A DNA stretch of 57,166 bases, counting the filler, from Isurus oxyrinchus (taxonomy: Eukaryota): NCBI GenBank assembly GCA_026770705.1. It is 2 parts of 2 records of this genome, joined end to end, with 100 filler letters (N's around TTAATTAATTAA, not from the genome) between each part and the next. Parts side by side here need not be neighbours in the genome. Positions count along the whole stretch, not along the records: positions 25,824 to 57,166 come from JANJGN010000002.1; 1 more part is not named here. One strand, written 5' to 3'. How positions within the stretch are numbered: the first letter of the stretch is position 1; every line of letters begins with the position of its first letter. Positions 38,150 through 50,994 of the stretch are shown here, piece by piece. Under the pieces are notes generated by a model. It worked only from the letters and a program-made list of their open reading frames with translations. It was not told where the DNA came from and did not search any database. A program made the position numbers and the translations under genes.

Positions 38150-39780
38150 TGTAATTATCTCTCTGGACAATAGACTAAAAATAGCACTAAGAGTGTGTGA
38201 GACAGCTGTGCTTGACATATTGTACAATTGTCAAATAATTGGGCACTTGGTAAAGTAGTTGATGATGACAAAGTCAGTGCCATGAAAGAGGTCGGATGTG
38301 ATTTTGGACCAAGGATGGGTAGGAAGCTCATGTGGAGTGAGTGGTTCTTTGTGCTGACCTTGGTATATGATCTTGACATACCTCACCCTTCTCGACAATG
38401 ACTTCAATGCCATTGTTCATACCCGGACAGCAGACTGTCTCTCGTATGATCTATGCCCATATGTGAATGATGAAGCTGTTGAAGAATTTCAGGTCACAAG
38501 GATTCCAGTGCAGTGACCTGCCTGTCTTTAAAGATGACTCCCCAGGAGACACCTAACTCAAATCAATAAGGTCAAAATGGTCTCCTGTGTTCGTGGACAT
38601 GCTGAATTGAATCAGGCTGTCCTTCAGTGGTGGTTTTCCACAGTTACTGTAGTGTGGGACATTTTGCCGTTGCTTCTGGCATTTGTGTTGCACAATATTC
38701 ACCAGATCAATTGACAGACTTACACCCTCCTGCAAGCTGAACAATGCAGCTCCCTTGCAGCTGCCAATTTTGTCGAAACATGATGGATATTTCAATGTTA
38801 GGTCAGGGTGATAAGAGGTGTTCCTGAGGTTGATCTACCATCTAAGGTCTGACAGATTCCATAACTTGTCACTAGTTTGAGCTCATGACAAGCTGGTAGA
38901 CCTACAATCACTGGAACTTTAGTTCTGACCATGTAGAACATTGGGACACCCAGGAGGATTGATTGGATTTGTACTCCAGGACTATGGATGGTGCACATGG
39001 AATTCATGAACATTGGAAGTTTCACAGTGGGTTTCATTGTGGCCTTCCAAGTCTGTGGGTACAAGACTTTTAGAATTCTCAGGGTAATATGTTGGCTCTT
39101 GCTCCTGTATCAACCTTAGCCAATAACAAATTGTTACCAACTTTTTTTAAGAGCATGTAATTCAAATCTTGTCAAACACATCAGATCCTGAGATGATGGT
39201 GTGAAACATGTGTCCACGGCTCTTTGTCTCATAGTGTGCATCACTGTCGGTTTCTGGTTTGTCAATCGCCTCAGGTATATGTTTCTTACTGGATGCCAGA
39301 TAACTGTTCTTATTGCTTGATACAGTTGTATTATGTATGGTCTGTTTGGATCAGAGCACAGCTCCCTGTAGCTGCATCAGCCTTTGCTCTAGTGCCCTGC
39401 TAATGGCCCCTTTCTGCCAGGTGCTTTGCAGAATGGCTGCTGGAGATCTGGGCACTTCCTTGGCGCATGCAGAGGGCCGCAAATTCCACACGCCTGGCTA
39501 GATTTGCGCGTCAGCAATTGGAACCTTATGTGTTGCAAGGATTGATGTGCACTTAAGTCCTTCAAGGTGATACATTTTGGGATTGTCTAACAGATCTTTC
39601 TGGAATGCTTTCATGGGAGTAGATGCAATCACCAACTCAACAATTCTGTCTACCAGTGCAGTGTTTCAAAAACCACAGTATGTACCCTCATCTCTGCGTC
39701 TGCTGATGAAGCAGACTATGGATTCTGTAGGTTGTTGTCAAAATGACATGAACTCTAGTCGATGAATATGGAAGTTTAAC
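38150..39780 (-). mobile_element. Highly degraded LTR retrotransposon (gag/pol/integrase)
   Basis: Fragments KEPLTPHELPTHPWSKITSDLFH and IVGLPACHELKLV. Confidence 0.65.
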
Positions 39781-40215
39781 TTGATTTTGAACCATTTTTC
39801 CAATGTAGTCAATATCATCTGGGATCCTTTGTTTGATCTGAATCAATATTAGACAAATTGTAGTAACGGTAGCTTTAAGGGATGTATTGACTGTAGCTTT
39901 AAGGCTTATTGTACTGTGCAGTGTCACGTGAATGAATCTGTCCTAAGCGTGGGGAAGCTTAGGGATGGAAGTTTATTCTAGTTGTGGATCATGACAGAAG
40001 CTGGTAACTGCAGCTGAAGCCCCGTAAATAAAGTTCGATGTTTCTAATGAGAAACCTGTCTGGAAAATCAAGACAAGAACAAAAGCCCCATTGGTCAGTC
40101 TTATGACATGTCCTCTCTCTAGAACTTGTACTGTCTGGACTGTCCCTTTCAATACTGGCAGCAATTAGTAACCTTCAGATTTGTTTATAATGTATTGATA
40201 TTTGTTCTTTTAAAG

Positions 40216-40548
40216 GCACAGCACGTCCAGTCCTTATCCAGTCTCCGAGTCTGGAACGTGTCACAGAGGGTCAGACAGTGCGGTTACGGTGCAACATGCA
40301 GAATGCAGCAGTGATATACACCAATGTTTACTGGTACCAAAGACAGTCAGGACATCATAAGAAGTGGATTTCATCATATGATACAAATGGCTACAAACAA
40401 CAGAATCCCCGTCTCCAGCCTTCCAGAGACACCTCCAGTAACAGCTTCATTCTGACAATCACCAACGTGCAGCTCAGTGACGCTGGTGTCTATTACTGCA
40501 CAGTGTGGGGAAGTGTCTATGGGGAAGGGACCCAGCTCATTGTAACCA
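40216..40548 (+). CDS. Germline-joined VJ-type Ig V domain 1
   Basis: TAAAG|...PVLIQSPSLERVTEGQTVRLRC...WYQRQSG...FILTITNVQLSDAGVYYCTVWGSVYGEGTQLIVT..|GTAAGT; phase 1-1. Confidence 0.93.
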
Positions 40549-41163
40549 GTAAGTAGAGTTTCCATGACAATGACTTCCAGCCTTGAGCTCTTCCAGATGA
40601 ATGAATTGGAGATCAATGTGTGATAATGGAGAGCCAGGAGGTGATGGAAAGTGACCTCACTGAAGGATTCACTGTGGGGAAGAAGCTGAGCTCAGGTTCA
40701 GCAAATCCCCAAAGTTCCACATCTCTGGCTTTCGCCTGAGGGGGTGTCTGGGGGGGTTTAGTGCATGTGGGTGTCTGCTGAGCTGAAGAGGGAGCTTTGT
40801 CATCACTGGGTCCCTAATGTTGGATGGACATTTGGAGAGAGTGGAAACAGCCTTAGAATCAACGGAGGAGGCGGAGAGGCAGAGCTGAGTGATGGGGGAA
40901 ATGGAAATGTTGACCAGGTTCCTGGATGATGTTGCTCAGGGTGAAATGGTGATGAGGAGGAACCCAGGGATGGTGCCCTGGGTAAACAGCAGAGATGATC
41001 ATTCAGACACTGGGGGAGAAACAACTGGTGCTGATAGAAAGTTAATGATGTGAGCAGCAGGAGTGGAACCATGAGAGAGCATTTCCAGGGATTGGAATGT
41101 GGATCAGAGATTATTGAAGAAGAATGTGTGCTCAATGGTGTTAAAAGGAAGGGAAAGGTGAGA

Positions 41164-44100
41164 TCATAAGATGTAGGAGCATAAGAAGGCCATTTGGCCC
41201 ATCAAGTCTGCTCCGCCATTCAATGAGATCATGGCTGATCTGATAATCCTCAACTCCACTTTCCTGCCTTTTCCCCATAACCTCTTGATTCCTTTACTGA
41301 TTAAAAATCTGTCTAACTCAGCCTTGAATATACTTAACGACCCAACCTCTTCAGCCCTCTGCGGTAAAGAATTCCACAGATTCACTACCCTCTGACAGGA
41401 GAAATTCCTCCTCATCTGTGTCTTATATTGGTGACCCCTTACTCTGAGATTATGCCCTCTGGTCCTAGACTCTCCCACAAGGGGAAACAACCTCTCAGCA
41501 TCAAGCCGCCTAAGAATCTTATATGTTTCAATAAGGTCACCTCTTATTCTTCCAAATTCCAATGAGTACAGGCCCAACCTACTCAACCTCTCCTTATAAG
41601 AAAATCCCTCCATACCTGGGATCAACCTAGTGAACCTTCTCTGGACTGCCTCTAATGCCAGTATATCTTTCCTTAGATAAGGAGATCAAAACTGTTCACA
41701 GTATTCTAGGTGTGGTCTAACTAGTGCCTTGTATAGTTTTAGCAAGACTTTCCTATTTTTATACTTCATTCCCTTTTAAATAAAGGCCAACATTCCAATT
41801 GCCTCCCTTATTTCCTGCTGAACTTGTATGTAACATCTTGAGATTTATGCACGAGGACACCCAAATCCCTCGATGCTGCAGCTTTCTGCAATCTTTCTCC
41901 ATATACATAATATTCAGCTCTTCTATTCTTCCTGCCAAAGTGCATAACTTCATATTTTCCCACATTATATTCCATCTACCAAGTTTTTTCCCACTCACTT
42001 AACCTGTCTATATCCCTCTGCAGACTCTTTGTATCATCCTCATCACTTGCCCTCCCACCTATTTTTGTGTCATCCGCAAACTTGGCGATAGCACATCCAC
42101 TTCCCTCATCCAAGTCGTTAATATATATTGTAAATAATTGTGGCCCCAGCACTGATCCCTCTGGTACTCCACTAGTTATAGGTTGCCAACCTGAAAATGC
42201 CCCTCCCCTTATCCCAACTCTCTGTCTCCTATTAGCTAGCCAATCCACTATCCATGCTAATGCACTACCCCCAACGCCATGGGCTTTTAATGAAGCAGAC
42301 TAATGCGTGGCACCATATCAAACACTTTTTGGAAATCCAAGTATATTACATCTACTGGTTCCCCATTATCTGTCCTGCTTTATACCTCCTCAAAGAATTC
42401 TAATAAATTTGTCAGGCATGATTTCCCTTTCGTGAAGCCATGCTGACTCTGGTTGGTTATACTATGCATTTCTAAATGCTCTGCTATTACATCCTTTATA
42501 TTAAACTCCAGCATTTTCCCAATAATGGATGTTAAGCTAACTGGCCTATAGCTACCTATTTTTTTGTCTTCCTCCCTTTTTGAGTAAGGATGTTACATTG
42601 GCAGTTTTCCAATCCTCTGGAACTTTTCTAGAATCTAAGGATTCTTGGACGATTACTGCCAGTGCATCCACTGTCTCTGTAGCTACTTCCTTTAATATCT
42701 TAGGGTGCAACCCATCAGGTCCAGGGGACTTATCAGCCTTTAGCCTCACCAGTTTCCCTCCAGTGATTTTTCTCTAGTGATAGTTATTTTATTTATTTCC
42801 TCCCCTGCTCCCTCCTTTTGCCCCTTGGTTATTTAGTATTTTTGGAATGCTGTTAGTGTCTTCTACCATGAAGACTGATGCAAAGTATTTATTCAACTCC
42901 TCTGCCATTTCCTGGTTCCCCATTATTATTTCCCCAGCCTCATTCTCTAAGGGGCCTATGTTCACTTTGGCTTCTCTTACTTTTTATATATTTAAAGAAG
43001 CTCTTACTGTCCGTTTGTATATTACTGTCTGTTTTTATATTACTTGTTAGTTTATCCTCAAAGTTTATTTTCTTTCTCTTTACTATTTTTGGTCATCGTT
43101 TGTTGGTTTTTAAAACTTTCCCAATCCTCTGGTTTACCACTAATCTTTTCCACATTGTATGTTTTTCTTTCCATTTTATACTATCCTTAACTTCCTTGGT
43201 TAAACATGGCTGGTTTATCCCCTTCCTAGAATCCTCCTTCCTCACTGGGATATATCTTTGTTGTGAGTCATGAACTATTTTCTTAAACATCTGCCATTGT
43301 TCATCAACTGTCTTTTCTGCTAAACTCCTTTCCCAGTCCACTCTAGCCAACTCTGCCCTCATTCCTTTGTAATTACCCTTATTTAAATTCAGCACAGTTG
43401 TTTCCGACCCAAGTTTCTCAGTCTCAAACTGAATGCTAACTTCTACCATATTATGGTCATTGTTTCCTAGGGGATCTTTTACTCTGAGATCATTTATTAA
43501 ACCTGCCTCATTGCACATTGCCAGATCCCAAATAGCCTGATCTCTGGTTGGATCCACAACATATTCCTCTAGGAAACTATTCCATGAATTACTGCTCTTG
43601 GCTACCTCTGCCAGTTTGATTTTCCAAATCTACATGGGGATTCAAGTCATCCATGATTAATGTACTGCCTTTTTTTTTACATGCTCTCATTATCTCTTGG
43701 TTTATTCTCTGACCTACAGCCTAGCTACTCTCAGGGGGCTGGTGGACTACTCCCACCAGTGTCTTCTTCCCTTTGTTATTTCATAGCTCCAACCATATGG
43801 ATTCTACATCTTCCAGTCCAAGATCATTTCTTGCAATTGTATTTATTCCATCTCATACTAACAAAGCTACCCCACCACCCGTTCCTTCTTGCCTGTTCTT
43901 TTGAAATGTCACATACCCCTGAATGTTTAATTCCCAGCTTTGATCTCCGTAATGGCTATAAGATCATACCCATTAACCTCTATTTGTGCCATTAATTAAT
44001 TTAATTTGTTCCAAATACTATGTGCATTTAAGTAAAGAGCCATTAATTTTGCCTTTTTATCATTTTCCCTCCCTTTGGCCCTATTTGCTGCTGTTTCTCT

Positions 44101-44550
44101 TTATATTTGTACACTCTGTCCCTTCCTGTTGCACTCTGGGTATCATTACCTAAACAGCTGCCCTGCAAGACTTTGCTTTGTAAACCCACATATCCCTTCT
44201 CCAGAACCCTCTGCACCTCCATTTAGTTTAAATCCCTCTCTGCAGCCCTAGTTATTCGATTTGCCAGGACACTGGTCCCAGCACTGATCAAGTGAAGCCC
44301 ATCCCACCGGATCAGCTCCCTTCTACCCCAGTTACTGGTGCCAGTGCCCCATAAACTGAAACCCAGTCCTCCCACACCAATCTTTGAGCCACACATTTAA
44401 CTCCTTGCCTTTACTTACCCTATGCCAGTTTGCCCGTGGTTCAGGTAGTAATCCTGAGATTATTACCTTGGAGGTTCTGCTTTTTAATTTAGCTCCTAAC
44501 TGTTCAAATACTTTCAGCAGAACCTCTTTTCTATTCCCATCAACGTTGCT
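41164..44550 (-). mobile_element. Long degenerate CR1 LINE (endonuclease and RT)
   Basis: ORFs KSPGPDGLHP, SGVPEGSVLGPQLFTIYIND..FADDTK, DPLGNNDHNMV. Confidence 0.92.
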
Positions 44551-45129
44551 GGTGAAAGATTATGAGGAGGGATAGACAGTGGCCATCACAATCATACACA
44601 TATCAGTTGTGATGTTGATCAGTAGAGTCTCAGTGTTGTGGATGAGAGTGAAGGCTGATTTCAGGATCTGGAACAGTGATTGGGCAGGAGCTGAGTCCCA
44701 ATTGCAAGAGGCAAGATGCAGTGGAATGAACGGCCTTGCTTGGGGAGACAAAGAAGCCCACGTGCTCCTTAGAATTGGTGTGTGAGGTGAGTTCGGAGGG
44801 TGTGGGGAGGAGGGGACGGGTGGTTTGTGATGGAGAAGAACAGTTTGATTTTTTTTCCACATGTCCAGGTTTATCTGAGAGTGAGAAGATTATTTGTCTG
44901 TGGGAAGGAAACAATTCAGCCTGTGATACTCAAGTTATATTTAACACGGAAGATCTGGGCCGGTTACTCACCAGGTGTTCCAGCTTCTGGTCTCTGGGAC
45001 CTTGGGGGTGACTGTGTGGGTGGAGGGGGGTGGCGGTGGGGGGGTGGGGGGGGTGTGATGGGGGTGGGGAACCAGGAACTACTTATGATAGTGAAAATAA
45101 ATGTGGAAACGTATCCAGGGAATTGACTG

Positions 45130-45720
45130 AGATATTAATATCATTAGACACACAAAGGTGTCAGTGGAATGTAGAAGTAGGGACATCTTGCGACAGCTGC
45201 ACAAGGCATTAGTGAGACTGTACCTGGAGTCCTGTCTACAGCTACAATATGGTCTCTCTACTTAAGGAGGGATATAGTTGTATCTGAAGAAGTTCCAAGA
45301 AAGTTTCCTAGGCTGATTCCTGGGATGAATGGGGTTGTCTTATGAGGAAAGGGTAAGCAGGTTGGGCCTATACTCATTGGAGATTGGAAGAATGAGAGGT
45401 GATCTTATTGAAGCATATAAGGTTCTGAGAGGGCGTGACAGGGTAGATTCTGAGAGGATGTTTCCCCTTTTGGGAGAGTCTAGAACTAGAGGCACAGTTT
45501 CAAAATAAGGGGTCTCCCATTCAAGACAAAGATGAGGAATTTCTTCCCTTAGAGCGTTGTGAATCTTTGGAATTGTCCACCCCAGACTGCAATGGAGTCT
45601 GGGTCAAATATCTTGGATCTACAAGGGCATCAAGAGTTATGGGGATGCTGGCAGGAAAGCTGCTTTCAGTGACAATTAGATCAGCCATAATTGTGTTGAA
45701 TGGCAGAGTAGGCTCTTCTT
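45130..45720 (+). mobile_element. CR1 LINE 3' fragment
   Basis: Degenerate RT C-terminal coding sequence (GRMRGDLIEAYKV). Confidence 0.75.
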
Positions 45721-47087
45721 TAAGCCAGGTCTCCATTATCACCTCAATATATTTCCACATGGCTCTGTGCCTGCAGCTCAGTAACCTTATTTACCACACT
45801 CGGCGCATTCACATAATTTAAGTTTTATTACCTAATTTAGGCTTTATTACTTTTCCTCTTACCTTGAACCCACCTAATAACTCATTATTTCCTACTTTAG
45901 CACTATCTATCTCTCCCAATTCTTTGTGCACCTTAGTATAACTCTCTAGTAACACCTCCTGGTTCCCACACCCCTGCTAAGTAAGTTTAAACCCTCCCAA
46001 TAGCACTAGCAAAATTCCCTGCAAGGAAATTTTCCCCTGCTCTGTTCAGGTGTAACCCATTCAGCCTGTACACACGTCACCTTCGAAAGGACTGCTCCCA
46101 ATGGACCAGGAACCTAAATCCTCCCCCCTGCACTGACTCTTCAACTACATATTCATCTGCTCTATCCTTCTATTTCTATACTCCCTGGAGTTTAATTTAG
46201 TTGGGTGGGATTGAGAGGGAGGGTGTGGTACAGGTGGGAGGGACGGTCAACGTACGTGACTGAAGATTCAGGGTCAGGGAAAGGTGGCCATTCCTAGGAA
46301 AGCTGTGAGCAGGATAGGGAAGAGCTTAAGGATTTTCCGGGAACATTCTGCAGGACTTGAGCAATGAGCGGAGCACCAGAAGGAGGCCGGGATCAGGGAG
46401 AGGGAATGGGAGACATGTGGAGCGTGGGGCCACAAGTGGAATCGGGAGAGTCCGAGGCTGGGAGCTATAATCAGGAGCTGCCCTCTATTCATATTCACAT
46501 CTCTGACCCTGCTATTCCTGTTTATATGTGTAAACTAATTGATAATTCACTGAGATATTTTTAAAGTTGAGCTCATAATATGGTTCATGGATGCTTGCTG
46601 GAAACGACTTACATTCTTGCTCAGGGACCCGTTCTCTGTTAACAAAAGGAATATATTCAAGCCTTGTTCCTTTTTTTTGAATTACACGGAGGCTTTGGGA
46701 GCCTATAATTCAGGTAGCTTTCTCCATGGCAACTTCTCGGCCAATCAGAATTGATTTGTGAACCAATCAGCAACGTTTGCTCCAATAGCATAAATTGTTA
46801 GGATTGTTTGAAATTTGGTATTCATGCATTTGTCCTGATGAGTGCAAGATGAAAAGATTCAACAACATGTCTCTCTTTTCAGCAACATGCAAGTTCTAAA
46901 CTACCAAGTGACTGATCATCTATATTTACTCACATTGATATATCTTGCTTTCCTTGAATGACTCAGCCCTTTGGTTTAGTCTTAGAATCTGTTCTCTCTT
47001 TTTAACACCACACTTTCCCTTTAAAGACTGGTGCTCTTTATAACCTTCAGACTGGTTTTGAAATTATTGATATTTTTCTCTTTGAAG

Positions 47088-47432
47088 GTGCACATGCTCC
47101 AGTCCTTATCCAGTCTCCGAGTCTGGAACGTGTCACAGAGGGTCACACTGCACAGTTACAGTGCACCATGAGGAAAGCCGCAGTGAGAGACACCGATGTT
47201 CACTGGTACCGGGAGCTACCAGGGAAAGATATGGAGTGGGTTTTAACATATAATATACAGAACAAGACACAACGGAGTCCAGGTTTCACTGAGCGTTTCC
47301 AGCCTTTCAGAGACACCTCCAATAACAGCTTCATTCTGACAATCACCAACGTCCAGCCCAGTGACACTGCCGTCTATTATTGCAAAGTGTGGGGAGATAT
47401 CAGTGGCGATGGAACACGGCTGAATATAACCA
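47088..47432 (+). CDS. Germline-joined VJ-type Ig V domain 2
   Basis: TTGAAG|..AHAPVLIQSPSLERVTEGHTAQLQC...WYRELPG...ERFQ...DTAVYYCKVWGDISGDGTRLNIT..|GTAAGC; phase 1-1. Confidence 0.93.
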
Positions 47433-47759
47433 GTAAGCCCAGTTTACAAAAGAATAAGCTGAAGTAATAACCATTTACTCATGAATCTATTGAAGATGAG
47501 TATGTAATAAATATCACAAACCCTTATGGTGAAGACAGGACAGTTATTTCTGTATCAAAATAGACTCGTTGATCTAATTTTGTTCTGCTCACAGATAGTA
47601 TAAAAGTTATGCACCTTTTCTTAAACCTGTTTCCCCAATCTTAAATTTTTTAAACTTTTCCCTGCCTCTCCTGTTTGTTTCTAATTTCTCTCCTTCACTT
47701 TTCCAGGTTTCTTTTAATTGTGATGTCTCTAGCTGTTTTGTTTTATATGCATTCTTGGG

Positions 47760-48590
47760 ATGTCCACATTACTGGCTAGGGTCCATCCCTAATTGCCCCT
47801 TGAGAAGGTGGGGGTGAGCTGCCTTCTTGAACCGCTGCAGTCCATGTGGTGTAGGTACACCCACAGTGCTGTTAGGGAGGGAGTTCCAGGATTTTGACCC
47901 AGCAACAGCGAAGGAACGGCGATATATTTCCAAGTCAGGATGGTGAGTGGCTTGGAGGGGATCCAGGTGGCGGTATTCCCATGTCTCTGCTGCCCTTGTC
48001 CTTCTAGATGGTAGTGGTCGTGGGTTTGGGAGGTGCTGTCTATGGAGCCTTGGTGAATTCCTGCAGTGCATCTTGTAGATGGTACACACTGCTGCTACTG
48101 TGTGTCGATGGTGGAGGGAGTGAATGTTTGTGGATGTGGAGCCAATCAAGCGGGGCTGCTTTGTCCTGGATGGTGTCGAGCTTCTTGAGTGCTGTTCCTC
48201 ATCCAGGCAAGTGGGGAATATGGTGACTCCCAGGATGTTGTTGGTGGGGGATTCAGCAATGGTAATGTAGTTGAATTCTTAGATTCTCTTCTATTGGAGA
48301 TGGTCATTGCTTTGTGTATCTCGAAGGTTATCTGCCACTTATCAGCCCAAGTCTGGATATTGTCCATTCCTGCTGCATGTGGGAACAGACTGCTTCAGAG
48401 TTATGAATGTTGCAATCATCAGTGAACATCCCCACTTCTGACCTTATGATGGAAGGAAGGTCATTGATGAAGCAGCTGAAGATGGTTGGGCCGAGGACAC
48501 TACCCTGAGGAGCTCCTGCAGTGAGGTCATGGAGTAGAGATATTTCGTTTCCAAACGCCACAACCATATTCCTCTGTGTGAGTATCACTG
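47760..48590 (-). mobile_element. LINE RT 3' fragment
   Basis: AGAPQGSVLGPTIFSCFINDL; CTIYKMHC..PNPRPLPSRRTRAA. Confidence 0.85.
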
Positions 48591-49397
48591 TAATGTGGAT
48601 AAATGTGAGGTTATCCACTTTGGTAGCAAAAACAGGAAGGCAGATTATTATCTGAATGGCTACAAATTGAGAGAGGGGAATGTGCAACGAGACCTGGGTG
48701 TCCTCATACACCAGTCGCTGAAGGTAAGCATGCAGGTGCAGCAGGCGGTAAAGAAGGCAAATGGTATGTTGGCCTTCATAGCCAGAGGATTCGAGTACAG
48801 GAACAGGGATGTCTTGCTGTAATTATACAGGGCCTTGGTGAGATCACACCTGGAATATTGTGTCTCCTTATCTGAGGAAGGATGTACTTGTTATAGAGGG
48901 AGTGCAGCGAAGGTTTACCAGACTGATTCCTGGGATGGCGGGACTGACATATGAGGAGAGATTGAATTGATTAGGATTATATTCACTGGAGTTCAGAAGA
49001 ATGAGGGGGGATCTCATAGAAACCTATAAAATTCTAACAGGACTAGACAGGGTAGATGCAAGAAGGATGTTCCCGATGGTGGGGGAGTCCAGAACCAGGG
49101 GTCACAGTCTGAGGATATGGGGTAGACCATTTAGGACTGAGATGAGGAGACATTTCTTCACCCAGAGAGTGGGGAGCCTGTGGAATTCGCTACCACAGAA
49201 AGTAGTTGAGACCAAAACATTGTATGCTTTCAAGAAGGAGTTAGATATAGCTCTTGGGGTGAAAGGGGTCAAAGGGCATGGGGAGATAGCGGGAGCAGGC
49301 TATTGAGTTGGATGATCAGCCATGGTCATAATGAATGGTGGAGCAGGCTCGAAGGGCCGAATGGCCTACTCCTGCTCCTAGTTTCTATGTTTCTATG
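48591..49397 (+). mobile_element. CR1 LINE 3' fragment
   Basis: DKCEVIHFG...RDLGV; RGDLIETYKI; (TTTCTATG)n tail. Confidence 0.9.
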
Positions 49398-50124
49398 TAA
49401 TCGGTGTACAACAAAAGGTGAGGAAAGCAGTGAACTGAGTGAACTGCAGCAATTAGGAAGCTTCCAGGTTCATGCTGCAAGACATGAGCGAGGAGCAAGG
49501 AACCAGAGGATGCTGGGATCATTGAGTAGGGAATTGGGGAGGTGTGGAGCTTGGGGCACCAGGAATAGGGAGAGCCTTGGGGATGGGGCACAAATGTTAG
49601 CCTAGCCAGCGATGTCCACATCCTGTGAAATAATAAAAAAAAGTCTGAGGCTGAGAGCTATATCAGGAGCACGGCCAATTTCCTCTTTAGAGTTGGGAAC
49701 CACAAGTCGGGCTATTTCATCTGGAAAAACAGATGTCCGGCCATCTGTTCAAATTGATTCTGTTGATAGAGTTGCCAGATTGCCTCATCATGAATGTTTG
49801 GCTGAGCTCCAGTCTGACTATTGGACTAAGAACTTTAGACAGTGTTAACACAGCTTAAAGGAGGGTGCTTCAATTTGTTTGATTGACACTTCTGAGATTG
49901 TAATAGATGTTTACATATGAAATACCAATTAGGAACAGGAGTAGGCCACATGGCCCCTCGAGCCTGCTCCACCATTCGATAAGATCATGGCTGATCTGAT
50001 TGTAACCAACCGCCTACCCCTGATAACCTTCACTTTTCCTTCTATGGTGTGGTTTTTCAATACCTCTTTGTTTATTTAGACACAATTAAGAGATGATAAG
50101 AGGCATAAAACTTTATAAAATATA

Positions 50125-50720
50125 AACTGGAGGAACAGCACCTCATCTTCTGACTAGGCACTTTACAGCCTTCTGGACTGAATATTGAAATCAACAACTT
50201 TAGGACTTGAACTCCCTCCTCCATCCCCACCCCCTTTCCGTTTCTTCCCCCTTCCTTTTTGTTTTTTCCAATAATTTATATAGATTTTTCTTTTCCCACC
50301 TATTTCCATTAATTTTAAATGTATTCCACCCATCATTTATCTATACCTTTTATGCCCTTTTAGTCTTATTTCACCCCACCCCCACTAGAGCGATCTGTGC
50401 CTTGCTTGTCCTGCTATCCACTCTTAATTAGCACATTCTTTTAGATAATATCACCACCTTCAGACCTTTTTGTTCTTTCGTCTGTGACATCTTTTGGTTA
50501 TCTCGTCCTATCACTGCTTACTTGTCCCTACAACCACCTCCTCCCTTCTCTTCCCCCACCCCCCCCCCCCCCCACCACCAAACCGCTTATATTTCACCCC
50601 TCTCCTATTTTTACTTAGTTCTGTTGAAGGGTCATGAGGACTCGAAACATCAACTGTGCTCTTCTCCGCCGATGCTGCCAGACCTGCTGAGTTTTTCCAG
50701 GTATTTCTGTTTCTGTTTTT
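50125..50720 (+). mobile_element. Penelope-like element 3' fragment
   Basis: EEQHLIF*LGTLQPSGLNIE (GIY-YIG C-terminus) followed by a degenerate hammerhead-type motif at ~50621-50650. Confidence 0.6.
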
Positions 50721-50994
50721 GTTGTAAAACTTTATTCACTGGTTATTCAACGCTGTGGCTGTTTGACACTGTTATGAGGTTGTAAGATGAGCGGTTTGTT
50801 TTTGAAGGAGAATTTCAAAGCCTCTTCGCTCACTGTGTCAGTTTCAGAAGCATTTCAAAGACTTTCCAGACTTGCCAATGGCACAGTGGTTCCATACATA
50901 GTGGAGACTGGGAGAGTAGGTATGGAGGATGCAGGGGGTAACAGGAGGGGCATGGGGGTTGCAGCAGGCATGGGAGTATGGGATATGAGGAAGT

